From: an uncultured Actinomycetes bacterium
GTDB taxonomy: Bacteria; Actinomycetota; Thermoleophilia; Gaiellales; Gaiellaceae
Direction of reading: 5' to 3'
Length of the DNA stretch: 64,000 nucleotides
Assembly: GCA_963755255.1 (NCBI GenBank)
Contig: CAVWJN010000019.1
Span: forward strand, 83,728-147,727
Shown: piece after piece, positions 49,206 through 60,462 of the stretch
Layout: each line of letters begins with the position of its first letter
Position numbering within the stretch: the first letter of the stretch is position 1
The notes under the pieces: model-generated
Seen by the model: only the letters and a program-made list of their open reading frames with translations
The model's database searches: none
What the model was told of the DNA's origin: nothing
Translations under genes and position numbers: made by a program

Positions 49206-52200
49206 GTGCGGCGCCCAGTCGTCCTAGGACTTCTCCTCGCGCTCGTCGTGGCGGGCTCGGCGACGGCCTCGCTGCGGCCGATTGCCCCGAGCGTCGGCGG
49301 CCTCACCGTCGACTCGCTTCGCCACCGCGCGATAGCCGTTCCCGCCCGCCCCAACGCGGGCCGGGTGACGGTGATCGCGACGCTCGGCATGGCGCCGCTC
49401 GCAGCCAGGACGGCGGATCGGTCGCTCTTCTCGACCACGGGCAGGCGCAAGCTCAGCGTCTCCAGCTCGTCCTCGCGCGCGTATCTCTCCCGGCTCGCCG
49501 CCGCGCAGGAGCGAGCCGTGGCCACGCTTGCGCCGGGAGATCCCCGAGGCGAAGGTGCCGCGGCGCTTCCGGATCCTGCTCAACGGGCTCGCCGTGAAGC
49601 TGCCGGCGTCGAAGCTGCAGCGGCTGATGCAGATGGGGTTCGTCCAGAACGTCTACCCGAGCGTCAGCTACACGCTCTCCATGAACCGCGGTCCCTCGGT
49701 GATCGGCGCCCCGGCGCTGCGGGCGGCCACCGGCGTGGGCGGCAACGGCGTCAAAGTGGGCATTGTCGACGACGGCATCGACCCCAAGCACCCGTTCCTC
49801 GATCCCGGCGGCCTGAGCTTCCCGGCCGGCTTCCCCAAGGGCACTCCCGGCTTCACGACGCCGAAGGTGATCGTCGCCAAGGCCTTCTTCCCCGACGTCT
49901 CGACCTCGGAGTCGAGGCAGCCGCTCGACGAGTCGCAGTCGTTCCACGGGACGTTCGTCGCGGGCGTCATCGGCGGCATCGAGGGCACCACCGCGCCCGC
50001 CAGCGTGCTGACGACCTGCGTTCCCGGCTCCGGCGGCTGCCACGGGCGCATCACCGGGCTGGCGGGCGTCGCGCCGCGCGTGCACATCGGTAACTACCGC
50101 GTGTTCAGCCAGCCGGCGCCGCTCGGAGGCTGCTGCAGCGCCAACACGCCCGAGATCATCGCCGCGTTCGAGGCGGCCGTCGCGGACGGGATGGACGTCA
50201 TCAACTTCTCGGGCGGCGGTCCGCAGAGCGATCCCGCCCGCGACCCGATGGTGCGGGTCGTGAACAACGTCGTCAACGCGGGCGTCGTGCCGGTCATCTC
50301 CGCCGGCAACGACCGTGACCTCTTCGGGCTCGGCACCGTCGGCTCGCCCTCCACGGCACCCGACGCCATCAGCGTCGCCGCGACGGCGAACAGCCATGTC
50401 TTCACGAGGGCCCTGACGCTCGTCGCTCCGGCCGCAATCGGCCCAATGCCGTTCGTGCCGGCGCCGGGAGCGATCCCTCCGGCGTGGGTCAACGCCGACC
50501 AGCAGGTGGTCGACGTGGGCACGATCAACGGCACAGACGGTCGTCCCGTCGGCCGCCAGCTGTGCGGAACGACGCTGCCGGCCAGGTCGCTCGCCGGCGC
50601 CATCGCACTCGCCTCGCGGGGCGGCTGCTCGTTCGAGATCGAAGGGACGCAACGCCTCTCAGGCGGGAGCCGTCGGCCTGCTGATGGCCGACGACCGCGC
50701 CGGCGACCCGACTGCCGTTCCCTTCGGCTTCGGCATCCCCGGCGGCACGATCTCCGACCTGGACGGGGCGCGTATCCGCCAGGCCGTCGCGGGCTCGGGC
50801 GGCCGCGGTCGCTTCCGCGTCACCGCCGACGAGCACGTCGAGGTGGCGACGACGTGGCCCGGCGTGCCGACGAGCTTCTCCTCGGCCGGGCTCACCGCGT
50901 TCGACCACAAGCTGAAGCCGGACATCTCCGCGCCGGGTGCGCAGATCATCTCGTCCACCGGACTCGAGTTCGCGGGCGACCAGTACGCGGTCCTGGACGG
51001 GACGAGCTTCTCGGCGCCGCACATCGCCGGCGCGGTGGCGCTGCTGCTCCAGCGGCATCCGCAGTGGACGCCGCAGCAGGTGAAGTCGGCGCTCATGTCC
51101 ACGGCGGGGCCGGCCTGGGGCGACTCCAGCCGCACGGTCGAGGCGCCCGTGCTGATCGAGGGCGCCGGGCTCGCGAATCTCGCGGCAGCCGACTCGCCGC
51201 TGATCTTCACGAATCCCCAGTCGATCGCCCCCGGCGACCTGCCGGTCACCGGCGGCGCGGCCAGCCGGTCGCAGCTCATCGCGATCAGCGACGCCGGCGG
51301 CGGCGGCGGGACGTGGTCGGTCACGGTCCAGCCGCAGGCATCGACGCCGGGAGTGACCATCGCCGTGCCGGGCGCCGTGACGGTGCCGCCGGGCGGGCAG
51401 ACGACGCTCCAGATCACGACCAGCGCGTCGTCCTCGGCAACGGGCGCCGACCAGTACGGCTTCCTCGTCCTGCGGCGGGACGGGGTCGTGCGCCGCATCC
51501 CGTACGGGTTCTCGGTCACGCGGCCGCTGCTCGGGGCCGCCCAGGTGACGCCTTTGAGAACAACCCAGACCGGCGACACGCGCTCGGGTACGAACCGGGC
51601 TCGAAGCTACCGCTGGCCGACGGAGCCGTTCGGGATCCTCGCGCTGTTCGGCCTCGAGCAGACCGCCGTCGAGGACGGCGCCGAGCAGGTGTACTCGATC
51701 GACATCCCGGCCAACACCGTCAACTTCGGCGCCGTCGTCAGCGATCCGCCGCTCAAGCTGCGCGCGCCGCTGCGCGACCTGCTGAGCGCCAACGCCCCGA
51801 TCCACCCGTGGCTGCTCGGATCGCTCGACGAGAACAACCTCCAGGGCTACGGCGGGACGCCGATCAACATGAACGGCTACCTGCCGGACTTCATCTTCAA
51901 CATGGGCGCGACGGGCGCCGTGCTACCGGCACCGGGCCGCTACTACATCGCCGTCGACTCCGGCCGTAACCCGTTCACGGGGCGCCCGCTGGCGCGAAGG
52001 TACGTGCTCCGCTCGTGGATCAACGACACGACGCCGCCGGTGATCAGGGTGCTGACGACGCGGCTGGCAACGGGTCGCCCAACCATCGTCGTGCGGGTGG
52101 CGGATGCGAAGTCCGGCGTCGACCCGCTGTCGCTGCTGCTGCTCTACAAGAACGAGCAGATCGGCGCGGTGCGGTTCGATCCGAAGACGGGGGTCGCCGT

Positions 52201-52636
52201 GTTCCCGATCCCGAAGGACTCACAACCGCTCTTCGCCGGCCCGGAGTTCATGCGGATCGTGGCGGCGGACTTCCAGGAGACGAAGAACGTCTCCACCCCG
52301 GGCGACGAGGCGATGCCGAACACCCGCTTCCTCGGCACGCGGTTCTCGGTCGTCGCACGGCCGGTCGCGACGTGGATCGCGCCGACGAAGGGCGCGTGCG
52401 TTCGGGGCAAGACGGAGCTCCAGGTGCACGCCTCCTCGCCCGCTGCGATCTCGTCGGTCGGCTTCTTCGACGGCAAGCGCCAGCTGGCCCGCGTCAGGAA
52501 GTCGGACCAGGGGATCTACCGCGCGAACTGGCAGGCCGGAGGCGCCAGGAAGGGCCGGCACGAGCTCACGGCCATCGTCTCCGACACGGCCGGGCGCGAG
52601 TCCGAGGCCCTACGCGTCGTCCGCGTCTGCGGCTAG
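49206..52636 (+). CDS. Secreted subtilisin-like S8 serine peptidase with I9 propeptide, PA-domain insert and long C-terminal extension (frameshifted as given at ~49530 and ~50645)
   Basis: Signal peptide in ORF 49206... Asp (VGIVDDGID) and His (HGTFVAGVIGG) are in ORF 49528... Ser (GTSFSAPHIAGAVALL) and a ~550-aa C-terminal region are in ORF 50684..52636. Confidence 0.85.
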
Positions 52637-52649
52637 GACAGAGCGCCTG

Positions 52650-53402
52650 ATGCGGGTCGCGGTGGTCACCGGCGGCTCGAGCGGCATCGGCGCCGCGCTG
52701 GCGCGACGGCTGAAGAGCCGCGGCTGGCAGTGCGTGCTCGTGGCACGCGGGGCCGAGCGCCTCGTCCGGGTGGCCGACGAGCTCGGCGCCGAGCACGAGG
52801 TGTGCGACGTCGGCGATCGCGAGGCGGTCGAGCGCATGGCGGCGGCCGTCATCGCTCGCCACCCGAAGATCGGCCTGCTCGTCAACAACGCAGGCATTCC
52901 CGGACGCACCGGCTTCCTCGACGCCGATCCGGATCGCATCGAAGACGTCACGCGTGTGAACTACCTCGGCGGCGTCTGGTGCCTGCGGGCGTTTCTCCCC
53001 GCGCTGGAGGCGGCCCGCCCGGCGCATGTCGTCAACGTCGTCTCGGTGGCCGGAGCGGTCTCCGGAGCGGGCACGTCGGGGCTGTACACGGCGTCCAAGC
53101 ACGCCCAGCTCGCCTTCTCGCGATCGGTGGCGACCGAGCTCGAGCCGCGAGGCATACGCGTCCACACGGTGCTGCCCGGCTTCGCGGAGACGGAGGGCTT
53201 TCCCGCAGCGCGACGTCCTCCCGCGGCACGCCCACCGTTTCGTGATCGAGGCGGACGACGTCGCGGAGGCGATCTTGAACGCGGTCGAGCGCAACCGCCG
53301 CGAGGTGCACGTGCCTCACTACTACCGGCTGGCGACGCTGGCCCAGGCCGCGGTGCCCGGCCTCGTCGCGCGTATCGGCCGCTCGCTGAACAAGCCGGCT
53401 AG
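52650..53402 (+). CDS. Short-chain dehydrogenase/reductase (frameshifted as given, near 53200; 3' end approximate)
   Basis: TGxxxGxG (VVTGGSSGIGAALA), NNAG and YxxxK (YTASKHAQ) are in ORF 52104..53402. The C-terminal part is in ORF 53026..53634 (FVIEADDVAEAILNAVERNRREVHVP). Confidence 0.8.
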   Translation: MRVAVVTGGSSGIGAALARRLKSRGWQCVLVARGAERLVRVADELGAEHEVCDVGDREAVERMAAAVIARHPKIGLLVNNAGIPGRTGFLDADPDRIEDVTRVNYLGGVWCLRAFLPALEAARPAHVVNVVSVAGAVSGAGTSGLYTASKHAQLAFSRSVATELEPRGIRVHTVLPGFAETEGFPAARRPPAARPPFRDRGGRRRGGDLERGRAQPPRGARASLLPAGDAGPGRGARPRRAYRPLAEQAG

Positions 53403-53487
53403 CTGCCCGATACCCGGCCGCCCGGGACACGGCCAAGTGCCTGGCACTGATGTGTGCCAATTCTGTGCCGATTTGTCCACAGAGCGG

Positions 53488-54691
53488 CTAGAGCTGCCAG
53501 GCGCCGCCGCGGAGCACGGGAACGCGAGCACCGCCGCGCTCGACGCCGGTGACGTCCACGTCGTCGCCGCCGATCATGAAGTCGATGTGCATCGCGCTCT
53601 CGTTGACGCGCGAGCGGTCGCTCCTCGCCGATGAGCGCACGCGTCGCCGTCGCCCAGCGCGATGTGGCTGACCGCGTTCTCGTCGAGCAGCGTGTCGAGG
53701 AACGTCGTTCCCAGCTGACCGATACGGCTCTCCCGGTCGACGAGCGCAACCTCGCCGAGCCGCGCCGCTCCGTCGTCGAGCGCCGCTCGTCCGCGCATGA
53801 TCTCCTCGCCCTCGTCCGCGGTGATCTCGACGGCCCTGCCACCCTCGAATCGCACGACGAGCCCCCGCACGATCGGCCCGTCGCCCAGCGCGAGCGGCCG
53901 CGTCGAGCGGACGACGCCCTCCGTCCGCGCCGGATCCGGCGTCGTGAAGACTTCCTCGCTGGGGAGGTTGGCCATGTGCACGATGCCGTCGACCGTCTCG
54001 CCGCGCGCCGTCTGCCATTCGGCGCCCGGGAAGAGGCCGACGACGAGGTCCGTGCCCGGCCCCTCGAAGTGGAGCGCGTCGAACCCCGCAGCCGCCAGCC
54101 GCCGCGCGATGTCGTCCAGCTCCTCGCGCGCGCTTCGCCCACGCGGCCACGGGATCGGGCTCATCGAGGCGGCAGACGTGCCCGATCTCGGCCCAGAGCC
54201 GCTCGAGCGCGTCTGCTTCGGCGAGCTCCGGGTAGACAAGACGCGCCCACGGCGCGGTGGGAGACGGGACCACCGTCCAGTTGACGAGCCGCTCGTTGAT
54301 GACGGTCAGCACCTCTTTGATGAACGGCAGCTGGTCGCGGCCCGCGCGCTCCGGGTCGACCCCGTCGAGTACGTCCGGCGGGGCAGGCCCGGAGAGCGAG
54401 ATCCGTCGCCGCCCGCTGGCGCCCGAGCTCGAGCATCCGGTCGCCGTACCAGCTGGGCACGAAGTCGAGCGTCTCCTCCCGTGCGTGCTCGATCCGCGCG
54501 CGCTTCACGTACGGGTCGAAGTACGTCACGTCGACGAAGCGGGCGCCGTGCCGGTACGCGGCTGCTGCCACCTCTCGTGCCATCTCCTCCTCGCCGAGGG
54601 AGGCGCCGACGGTGACGAGTTGATCCTGCTGGACGTTCGCGCCGAGGACGACGGCGAGCTCTGCGAGTTGGGAGGCGCCTGCGGCTAGCAC
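53488..54691 (-). CDS. M29 family aminopeptidase (AmpS/PepS-like) (about 3 frameshifts as given)
   Basis: The segments are spread over ORFs 54161..54691 (LAELAVVLGANVQQDQLVTV..), 53488..54312 (NWTVVPSPTAPWARLVYPE) and 53574..54239 (GIVHMANLPSEEVFTTP.., SHIALGDG). The tail is MHIDFMIGGDDVDVTG. Confidence 0.7.
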
Positions 54692-54711
54692 CGCGCGCGA
54701 GTCTACGTGGC

Positions 54712-55443
54712 CTAGGCGGACATCTGCTGACGGGCGGCGAGGTACCAGCCGATCGTCGCCGTGTAGTTCTCCGGAGCGACTGACAGCGCACGCTGCCGCT
54801 CCGGCCCGGCGCAGCCTGCGAGGTCGAGATACCCGTCCACGTCGCGCGCTTCCGGGTGTTGCTCGGACCGGCGTAGCACGAGCCCGTTCGCGTCGAGCAG
54901 TCCCCGGATGTCGGCGTCGGGCAGAAGGCGCGTGTGGGAGGGGTCGCGGGCGCGCTCGAAACGGTCGAGCTCGAACCCGACGAGGGGATCGATCGGCGCG
55001 ATCTGGTCGACGATCAGCACCTGGCCGCTGAAGCCGATCACGCGCGCGAGCTCGGCGACGACGAGCTCCGGGCGAGGGACGTGGTGCAGCGTGCGCACGG
55101 TCGCGGCGAGGTCGAACGACCCGTCCTCGAAGGGAAGGCTTGCAACGTCGCCCTCGGCGAACGTCACGTTCGGGAACTCCTGCTCGGCACGCGACCTCCC
55201 TTCGGCGAGGACTTCCGGCACGACGTCGACGGCGAGGACCTCCTTGACGAGCGGCGCGACGGCAAAGGCAAAGCCGCCCGTCCCCGCGCCCGCATCCAGC
55301 ACGCGCTCGTCGCCCGATGGCTCGAGAAAGCGACGGACCTGCGCGCGCAGCTCCTCCCGCCGGCTCTCCTCGTGCTCGGCCATGCGCTCCGCTGCCGCGG
55401 CGAAGCGGGCCTGCGTTGCCTCAGCGTGCTTCTCGTCGGACAA
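54712..55443 (-). CDS. Class I SAM-dependent methyltransferase (Methyltransf_11-like)
   Basis: Intact 243-aa ORF with motif I VLDAGAGTGGFAF and motif II/III FDLAATVRTLHHV. The TTG start overlaps the upstream cca end by 23 nt. Confidence 0.8.
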   Translation of the reverse strand: MSDEKHAEATQARFAAAAERMAEHEESRREELRAQVRRFLEPSGDERVLDAGAGTGGFAFAVAPLVKEVLAVDVVPEVLAEGRSRAEQEFPNVTFAEGDVASLPFEDGSFDLAATVRTLHHVPRPELVVAELARVIGFSGQVLIVDQIAPIDPLVGFELDRFERARDPSHTRLLPDADIRGLLDANGLVLRRSEQHPEARDVDGYLDLAGCAGPERQRALSVAPENYTATIGWYLAARQQMSA

Positions 55444-56454
55444 GCTCCACCGCCTCCTCTGTCGTCGAGATAGTGCCAGCGGCCCGCTCTTCGGCGATCA
55501 GCTCCAGCATCCGCCCGACCTCGGGGCCCGGCGACAGGCCGAGCTCGTCGCCGCGTAGCAGCGGTGCGGCGGGATCGTCGGCACGGGCCCGCTCGACCGT
55601 CGGACGAAGCTCCGGCAGCCCCAGGAAGGCAAGCGCGTCGAGCGCCCAGGGCTCTGTCGACTCGCCGGAAGCGGTGGATGGCACGCGGTGAGTCGTCGGC
55701 CGGAGGCTCGGCGGCGAGCAGCGTACGCGCGTAGCGGTCGAGGCGGCGCGAGATGGGAAGCTCGCGCAGCCGCTCCCCGAACGCGCACGCGAGCCGATAG
55801 TCGGGAGAGTCGGCCAGGCCGATCCGGTCGAACAGCTCGGCCGACCCGTCCAAGGCGTCGAGCAGGCCCAGCTCCTCCAGCCGGCGGTACCCATTCGCCG
55901 AGAGCCGCTCGAGCTCGCCCAGGATGCGTTCACCGGCAGGGCGAGGCGCAAGCGCGGCGTGCCGACGGACGAGCTGCTCGGTCTCCGGGTGGAGGCGGAA
56001 GCCGAGCTCGTCCTCCAGCCGGACGGCGCGCAGCAGGCGCAGCGGGTCGGTCTCGAAGACGCGCGTCGGAGACCGCGCGGATCGTGCGCTCGGCGATGTC
56101 GCGCTGCCCACCGAAGGGATCGACGAGCTCTCCTCCCTCCAACGGACGGGCCATCGCATTGAGCGTGAAGTCCCGGCCCGCGAGGTCTTCTTCGATCCCG
56201 CTCGGCAAGGGCGTGAAGTCGACAGTCCTCCCGTCCTCGAGCGCGATCCGCCAGGCGCCGTGCCGCTCGGAGAGGGGAAACGGCGCTCCCCCGCGGGCGC
56301 GCGCGAAGACGCGGGCCGCACGCTCGGGCTCGCGGCACGCGACGTCGAGGTCGACCACCGGCCGCCCGAGCAGCTCGTCGCGCAGCGCACCGCCCACGAG
56401 CCAGCCCTCCGCTCCGGCCAGCGCATCGGCCAGCTCGGTGACGAGGTCAGCCAT
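55421..56454 (-). CDS. cca: CCA-adding enzyme / poly(A) polymerase family tRNA nucleotidyltransferase (2 frameshifts as given)
   Basis: GGALRDELLGRPVVDLDV and RDFTLNAMA are in ORF 55930..56454. The middle is in ORF 55164..56897 (DPLRLLRAVRLEDELGF). The tail is in ORF 55421..56338. Confidence 0.8.
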
Positions 56455-57464
56455 CGACGAGCACCCGCTGCGTGCGCTCCGGCGAGTGACGAATGCCCGT
56501 GGTCAGCTCGTAGTTGATGGTGCCGGCCACGCGCGCATGCTCCTCCACGAGCACGCCGTCGCCGACGATGGTCACCGGCGTTCCGCGCGGCAGCTGCCCG
56601 GGAAGCTCGACGGCGAACGAATCCATGGAGACGGTGCCGACGACGCGGCGGCGCTCTCCGTCGACCAGCACTTCGGTGCCGGTGAGATCGCGCCGAAAGC
56701 CGTCTGCGTAGCCGACCGGCACGAGCCCGATCCACGTCGGCTGCTCGGCGACGAAACGACGCCCGTAGCCGGTGCTCTCGCCGACGTCGAGGAGCTTCAC
56801 CTGCGCCAGCTCGCTGCGCCACGCGAGCACCGGCTCGAGGCCGTCCTCGGCCGGATCCGTCCCGAACGGCGAGAGCCCGTAGAGCGCAACTCCGCAACGT
56901 GCGGCCGAGAAGCGTGAGCCCGGCAAGCGAAGCGCAGCGGCGCTGTTCGCCACGTGCGCCTCCAGCTGCGGCATCGAGTCGGCCGCTTCGCGGAAGCGCT
57001 CGAGCTGGCGCTCTGCGAAGGCCGGGTCGGAGTCAGCCGTCGCCAGGTGGCTCATCACCGCCACGGCGTTCGGCGGCGGCGCGGGCACGTCGACCATCCC
57101 GTAACGGCCCATGCCCGTGTCGAGCTTCAGGTGGACCGGGACGTCCACGGGGAACGGCGGCTCGGAGACGGCGAGCTCGAGGCCGGCGCGGCGGACGCGC
57201 TCGAGATCGCCCTCAGGAGCACGGGCCCATGACGAGAATGCGAGCCTGCGGCAGGGCCGAGCGGAGCGCGGCTCCTTCGCCGACGGTGGACACGCAGAGC
57301 GCGGCAGCCCCCGCCTCGAGAGCCGCCTTGCCCACTTCGGCCGCGCCGTGCCCGTAGGCATCGGCCTTCACGACCGCCCACAGCGCGGCGCCGTCGAGCG
57401 CCTCGAGCAGCCGCCTGGCGTTCCGGCGAACGGCGCCGAGGTCGATCGTTACCTCAGAACGCAT
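56447..57464 (-). CDS. alr: Alanine racemase (frameshifted as given, near 57220)
   Basis: The PLP-Lys motif VVKADAYGHG is in ORF 57213..57464. The remainder is in ORF 56447..57361 (HLKLDTGMGRYG.., VGYADGF). Confidence 0.88.
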
Positions 57465-58768
57465 CGAGAACGTCCGGCAACGCAGCGACGACGTCGGAGG
57501 CGACGAGGCCGCGCTCCGGGCCGAGCCGCGCCGCCTCTGCGCAGGCAGTTGCCCCGGCCGCGGCGGCCAGCCGCGCGTCCATGCCCTTGGCGAGGAAGGC
57601 GGCGATCGTCCCGGTCAGGACGTCCCCCGTGCCCGCTGTGGCGAGCGACGGCGGGCCGGAGCCGCAGACGAGCACTCCTTCGCCGGGAGCGGCGACGATC
57701 GTGTCGGCGCCCTTGAGCAGGCAGACGCAGCCGAAGCGCTCGACTGCCCGCGCGGCTGCTGCGAGACGATGCGCGTCCACCCACGAGGCCTCGACGCCGA
57801 GCAGGCCCGCCAGCTCGCCGGAGTGCGGCGTCAGCACGGTGGGTGCCGCACGCTCGAAAGGCTCCAGCTGGTACAGCGCATCGGCGTCGACGACGGCAGG
57901 CAGCTCAGTCTCCGTGAGCAGCCGCCGGACGAGCTGCCGGCGGTCGTCGTCGCGGCCGAGGCCGGGCCCGATCGCCAGCGCGCGCGCCCTCTCCACCGCG
58001 TCGAAGACGTCGTCCAGCGGTCGCTTCACGGCCTCGAGCAGGCGCGTCTCGAGCACCGGCAGCGACTCGGCCGGCGCAGCCACCGCCACGTACCCGGCGT
58101 CGGCTCTGAACGCCGCCTCGGCGGCCAGGCACGCTGCCCCCGTGAGCCCTGGCGCGCCGCCCTACGACGAGCACCGACGCGCTGTACTTCGTGTCGCCGG
58201 GCTGCTTTCGCGGAACCTCCGCGAGGATCTCCCGCGTCACGAGCAGGTGCGCCGTCGCCCGCGGCTCGAGCCCGATGTCGCGAACGACGAGCTCGCCGCC
58301 GTGGAACCGTCCCGGACCGACGACGTTGCCGACCTTCGGACCGTGCAGGGCCACGGTCACCGCAGCCTGCACGGCGCCGCCGGCAACTTCGCCCGTGTCC
58401 GCGTCGACGCCGGAGGGCAGATCGATCGCCAGCACCGGAGCCTCCGCCGCGTTCAGCTGCGCGATCACCTCGGCCGCCTCCGACCTCGGCTCGCCGTGAA
58501 AGCCCGTGCCGAACAGACCGTCCAGGAGCACATCGCCGTCGAGGCCCTCGGCGGCCTCGTGTCCCATCGCGCGCAGCACCTCGAGCGCGATCCGCGCATC
58601 GCCGCCGTTGGCGCCGCCACCGCAGACAGCCCCGAACGACCGCGCCTCGGGAAACCGACTGACAGCTTCCTCCGCCACCGCCCTGCCGGCACGCTCCATC
58701 AGCACGCGCACCTCATGGCCCGCCTCGGCCGCGCGCATCTCCTCGGCCGTATACAGCGGCTCGAACAT
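57454..58768 (-). CDS. nnr: Bifunctional NAD(P)H-hydrate repair enzyme Nnr (epimerase plus ADP-dependent dehydratase) (frameshifted as given, near 58150)
   Basis: The YjeF_N part is in ORF 57905..58768 (VCGGGANGGDA.., LFGTGF). The carbohydrate-kinase part is in ORF 57454..58089 (LKGADTIVA.., ATAGTGDVLTG). Confidence 0.85.
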
Positions 58769-58772
58769 CAGG

Positions 58773-59144
58773 TCATTGCGGCGAGGCGATTGCGATGGCC
58801 GCGGCCAGCTCCTTCGAGTGCGTCATCGACAGATCGACACCGGCCACGCCGAGACGAGTCGCGCGCTCTTCCAGTCGACCCGTCAGCTGGACCGACGGCT
58901 TCGGCCGGCCGACGATCTCCACCTCCCGCCAGGCAAACGCTCTCGCCACGCCGAAACCGAGCGCCTTGCCAACAGCTTCCTTGCCGGCGAACCGCGCGGC
59001 GTAGTGCTGCGCCGGGTTGGGCCGCGAGTCGCAGTACGCGCGCTCTGCTTCCGTGAAGCAGCGCGCGGTGAACGACGGATAGCGGCCCATTGCCCTGCGG
59101 ATGCGGTCGATCTCGATCAGATCGATGCCGACGCTGCTGTTCAC
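58773..59144 (-). CDS. acpS: Holo-[acyl-carrier-protein] synthase
   Basis: GTG 59144 (VNSSVGIDLIEIDRIRR..FAGKEAVGKALG). 123 aa. The start overlaps the stop of the upstream HAD gene (GTGA). Confidence 0.88.
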   Translation of the reverse strand: MNSSVGIDLIEIDRIRRAMGRYPSFTARCFTEAERAYCDSRPNPAQHYAARFAGKEAVGKALGFGVARAFAWREVEIVGRPKPSVQLTGRLEERATRLGVAGVDLSMTHSKELAAAIAIASPQ

Positions 59145-59917
59145 AGCGCTCGCTCCAGCCAGTCCGGGAGCTCTGCGAGCGAGTTGACGACGATGTCCGG
59201 CGTGATGTCGGAGCGCTCGAGATCGTCGGGACGGAACTTGCCCGTGCGCACGAGCGCCGTGCGCAGGCCGAACTTCTGCGCGCCGGCGATGTCCGCCTCG
59301 ATGTCGTCCCCCACCATCCACGTCAGCTTCGGCTCGGCGTCGAGTGCCTCGAGCGCGGCCTCGAAGTACATCGGGCTCGGCTTGCCGATGACGACGGCCT
59401 CGACGCCTGCCGCGTACTCCAGCCCGGCCACGAAGGCGCCGGAGTCGAGCAGCGGGCCGCGCGACGTCTGCCACCAGCGGTTCTTGTGCAGACAGTAGAG
59501 ATCGGCCCCGGTCTGGAGCTCGGCGAAGGCGCGCGCGAGGTTCATGAAGCTGAAGACACGGCCGGTCTCGTCGCCCTCGTCCGCACCGCCGACGAGCACC
59601 GCATCGGCGTCCTCGCCGACGAGGTCCAGGCCGTCCAGATCCTCCACCACCGACGGCATGGTGAGCGCAAGCACGCGCCGGCCGCGCAGCGCGCGTACGG
59701 CCGCGGCGGCGGTCGTCTGCAGCTCCTCGTCGCTCATGTCGACCCCGAAGCCCTTCAGCTCTGCGGTGAGCACCCGGCGCGTGCGGACTGTCGTATTCGT
59801 GACAAAACGGAGGCGATGACCCCTCTCGCGCAGCGTCGAGACGGCGTCGGCCGCCCCCGCGATCGGCTTGCCGGAGACGTGGAACACGCCGTCGATGTCC
59901 AGCAGAATGGCGGCCAT
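59141..59917 (-). CDS. HAD superfamily subfamily IIA hydrolase (NagD-like)
   Basis: ATG 59917 (MAAILLDIDGVFH.., VTNTT, IGKPS, VGDDIEADI). The frame is intact, 258 aa. Confidence 0.82.
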   Translation of the reverse strand: MAAILLDIDGVFHVSGKPIAGAADAVSTLRERGHRLRFVTNTTVRTRRVLTAELKGFGVDMSDEELQTTAAAAVRALRGRRVLALTMPSVVEDLDGLDLVGEDADAVLVGGADEGDETGRVFSFMNLARAFAELQTGADLYCLHKNRWWQTSRGPLLDSGAFVAGLEYAAGVEAVVIGKPSPMYFEAALEALDAEPKLTWMVGDDIEADIAGAQKFGLRTALVRTGKFRPDDLERSDITPDIVVNSLAELPDWLERAL

Positions 59918-60347
59918 GGCACGCGAGTCTACGGGGATCCAGGACACCATTCGCGTCACGCGCAGCGTGGCCGTGCCCCGTCGCGAGATCGAGCTGCGGT
60001 TCTCGCGGTCGAGCGGGCCGGGCGGGCAGCATGCGCAGCGTACGGAGACGCGAGTGGAGGCCGTTTTCGACGTCGAAGCCTCGTCGGCCCTCACCGAGCG
60101 CCAGAAGCGGCGAGTCGTCACCAAGGCGGGCCCGGTGTTGCGCGCGGTAGCCCAGGACGAGCGGAGCCAGTGGCGAAACCGCGAGCTCGCCGTCGAACGG
60201 CTCGTCGACGCGCTCCGCGCCGCGCTCGAGGTGCGAAGAGCGCGGAAGCCTACGAAGCCCAGCGCAGCCGCAAAGGAGCGCCGCCTTGCGGCAAAACGCC
60301 GGCGGAGCGACGTTAAGAAGCTGCGCCGAGCCCCCGACGACGGTTAG
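59916..60347 (+). CDS. arfB: Peptidyl-tRNA hydrolase ArfB (alternative ribosome-rescue factor B)
   Basis: It has the GGQ motif (SSGPGGQHAQRTETRV) and a basic C-terminal tail (KPTKPSAAAKERRLAAKRRRSDVKKLR). The ATG 59916 start is one option; a later start is possible. Confidence 0.85.
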   Translation: MARESTGIQDTIRVTRSVAVPRREIELRFSRSSGPGGQHAQRTETRVEAVFDVEASSALTERQKRRVVTKAGPVLRAVAQDERSQWRNRELAVERLVDALRAALEVRRARKPTKPSAAAKERRLAAKRRRSDVKKLRRAPDDG

Positions 60348-60462
60348 GCAGCGTAAAGGTTTCGTGAAAATTCGGGTCTGGTAGACGGTTCTGGGACCAG
60401 TCCGACAGGGCTAGTCGGTACCCTCCGTGACTCGCCCGACGCCTCCAAGGGAGTTGTTACGT

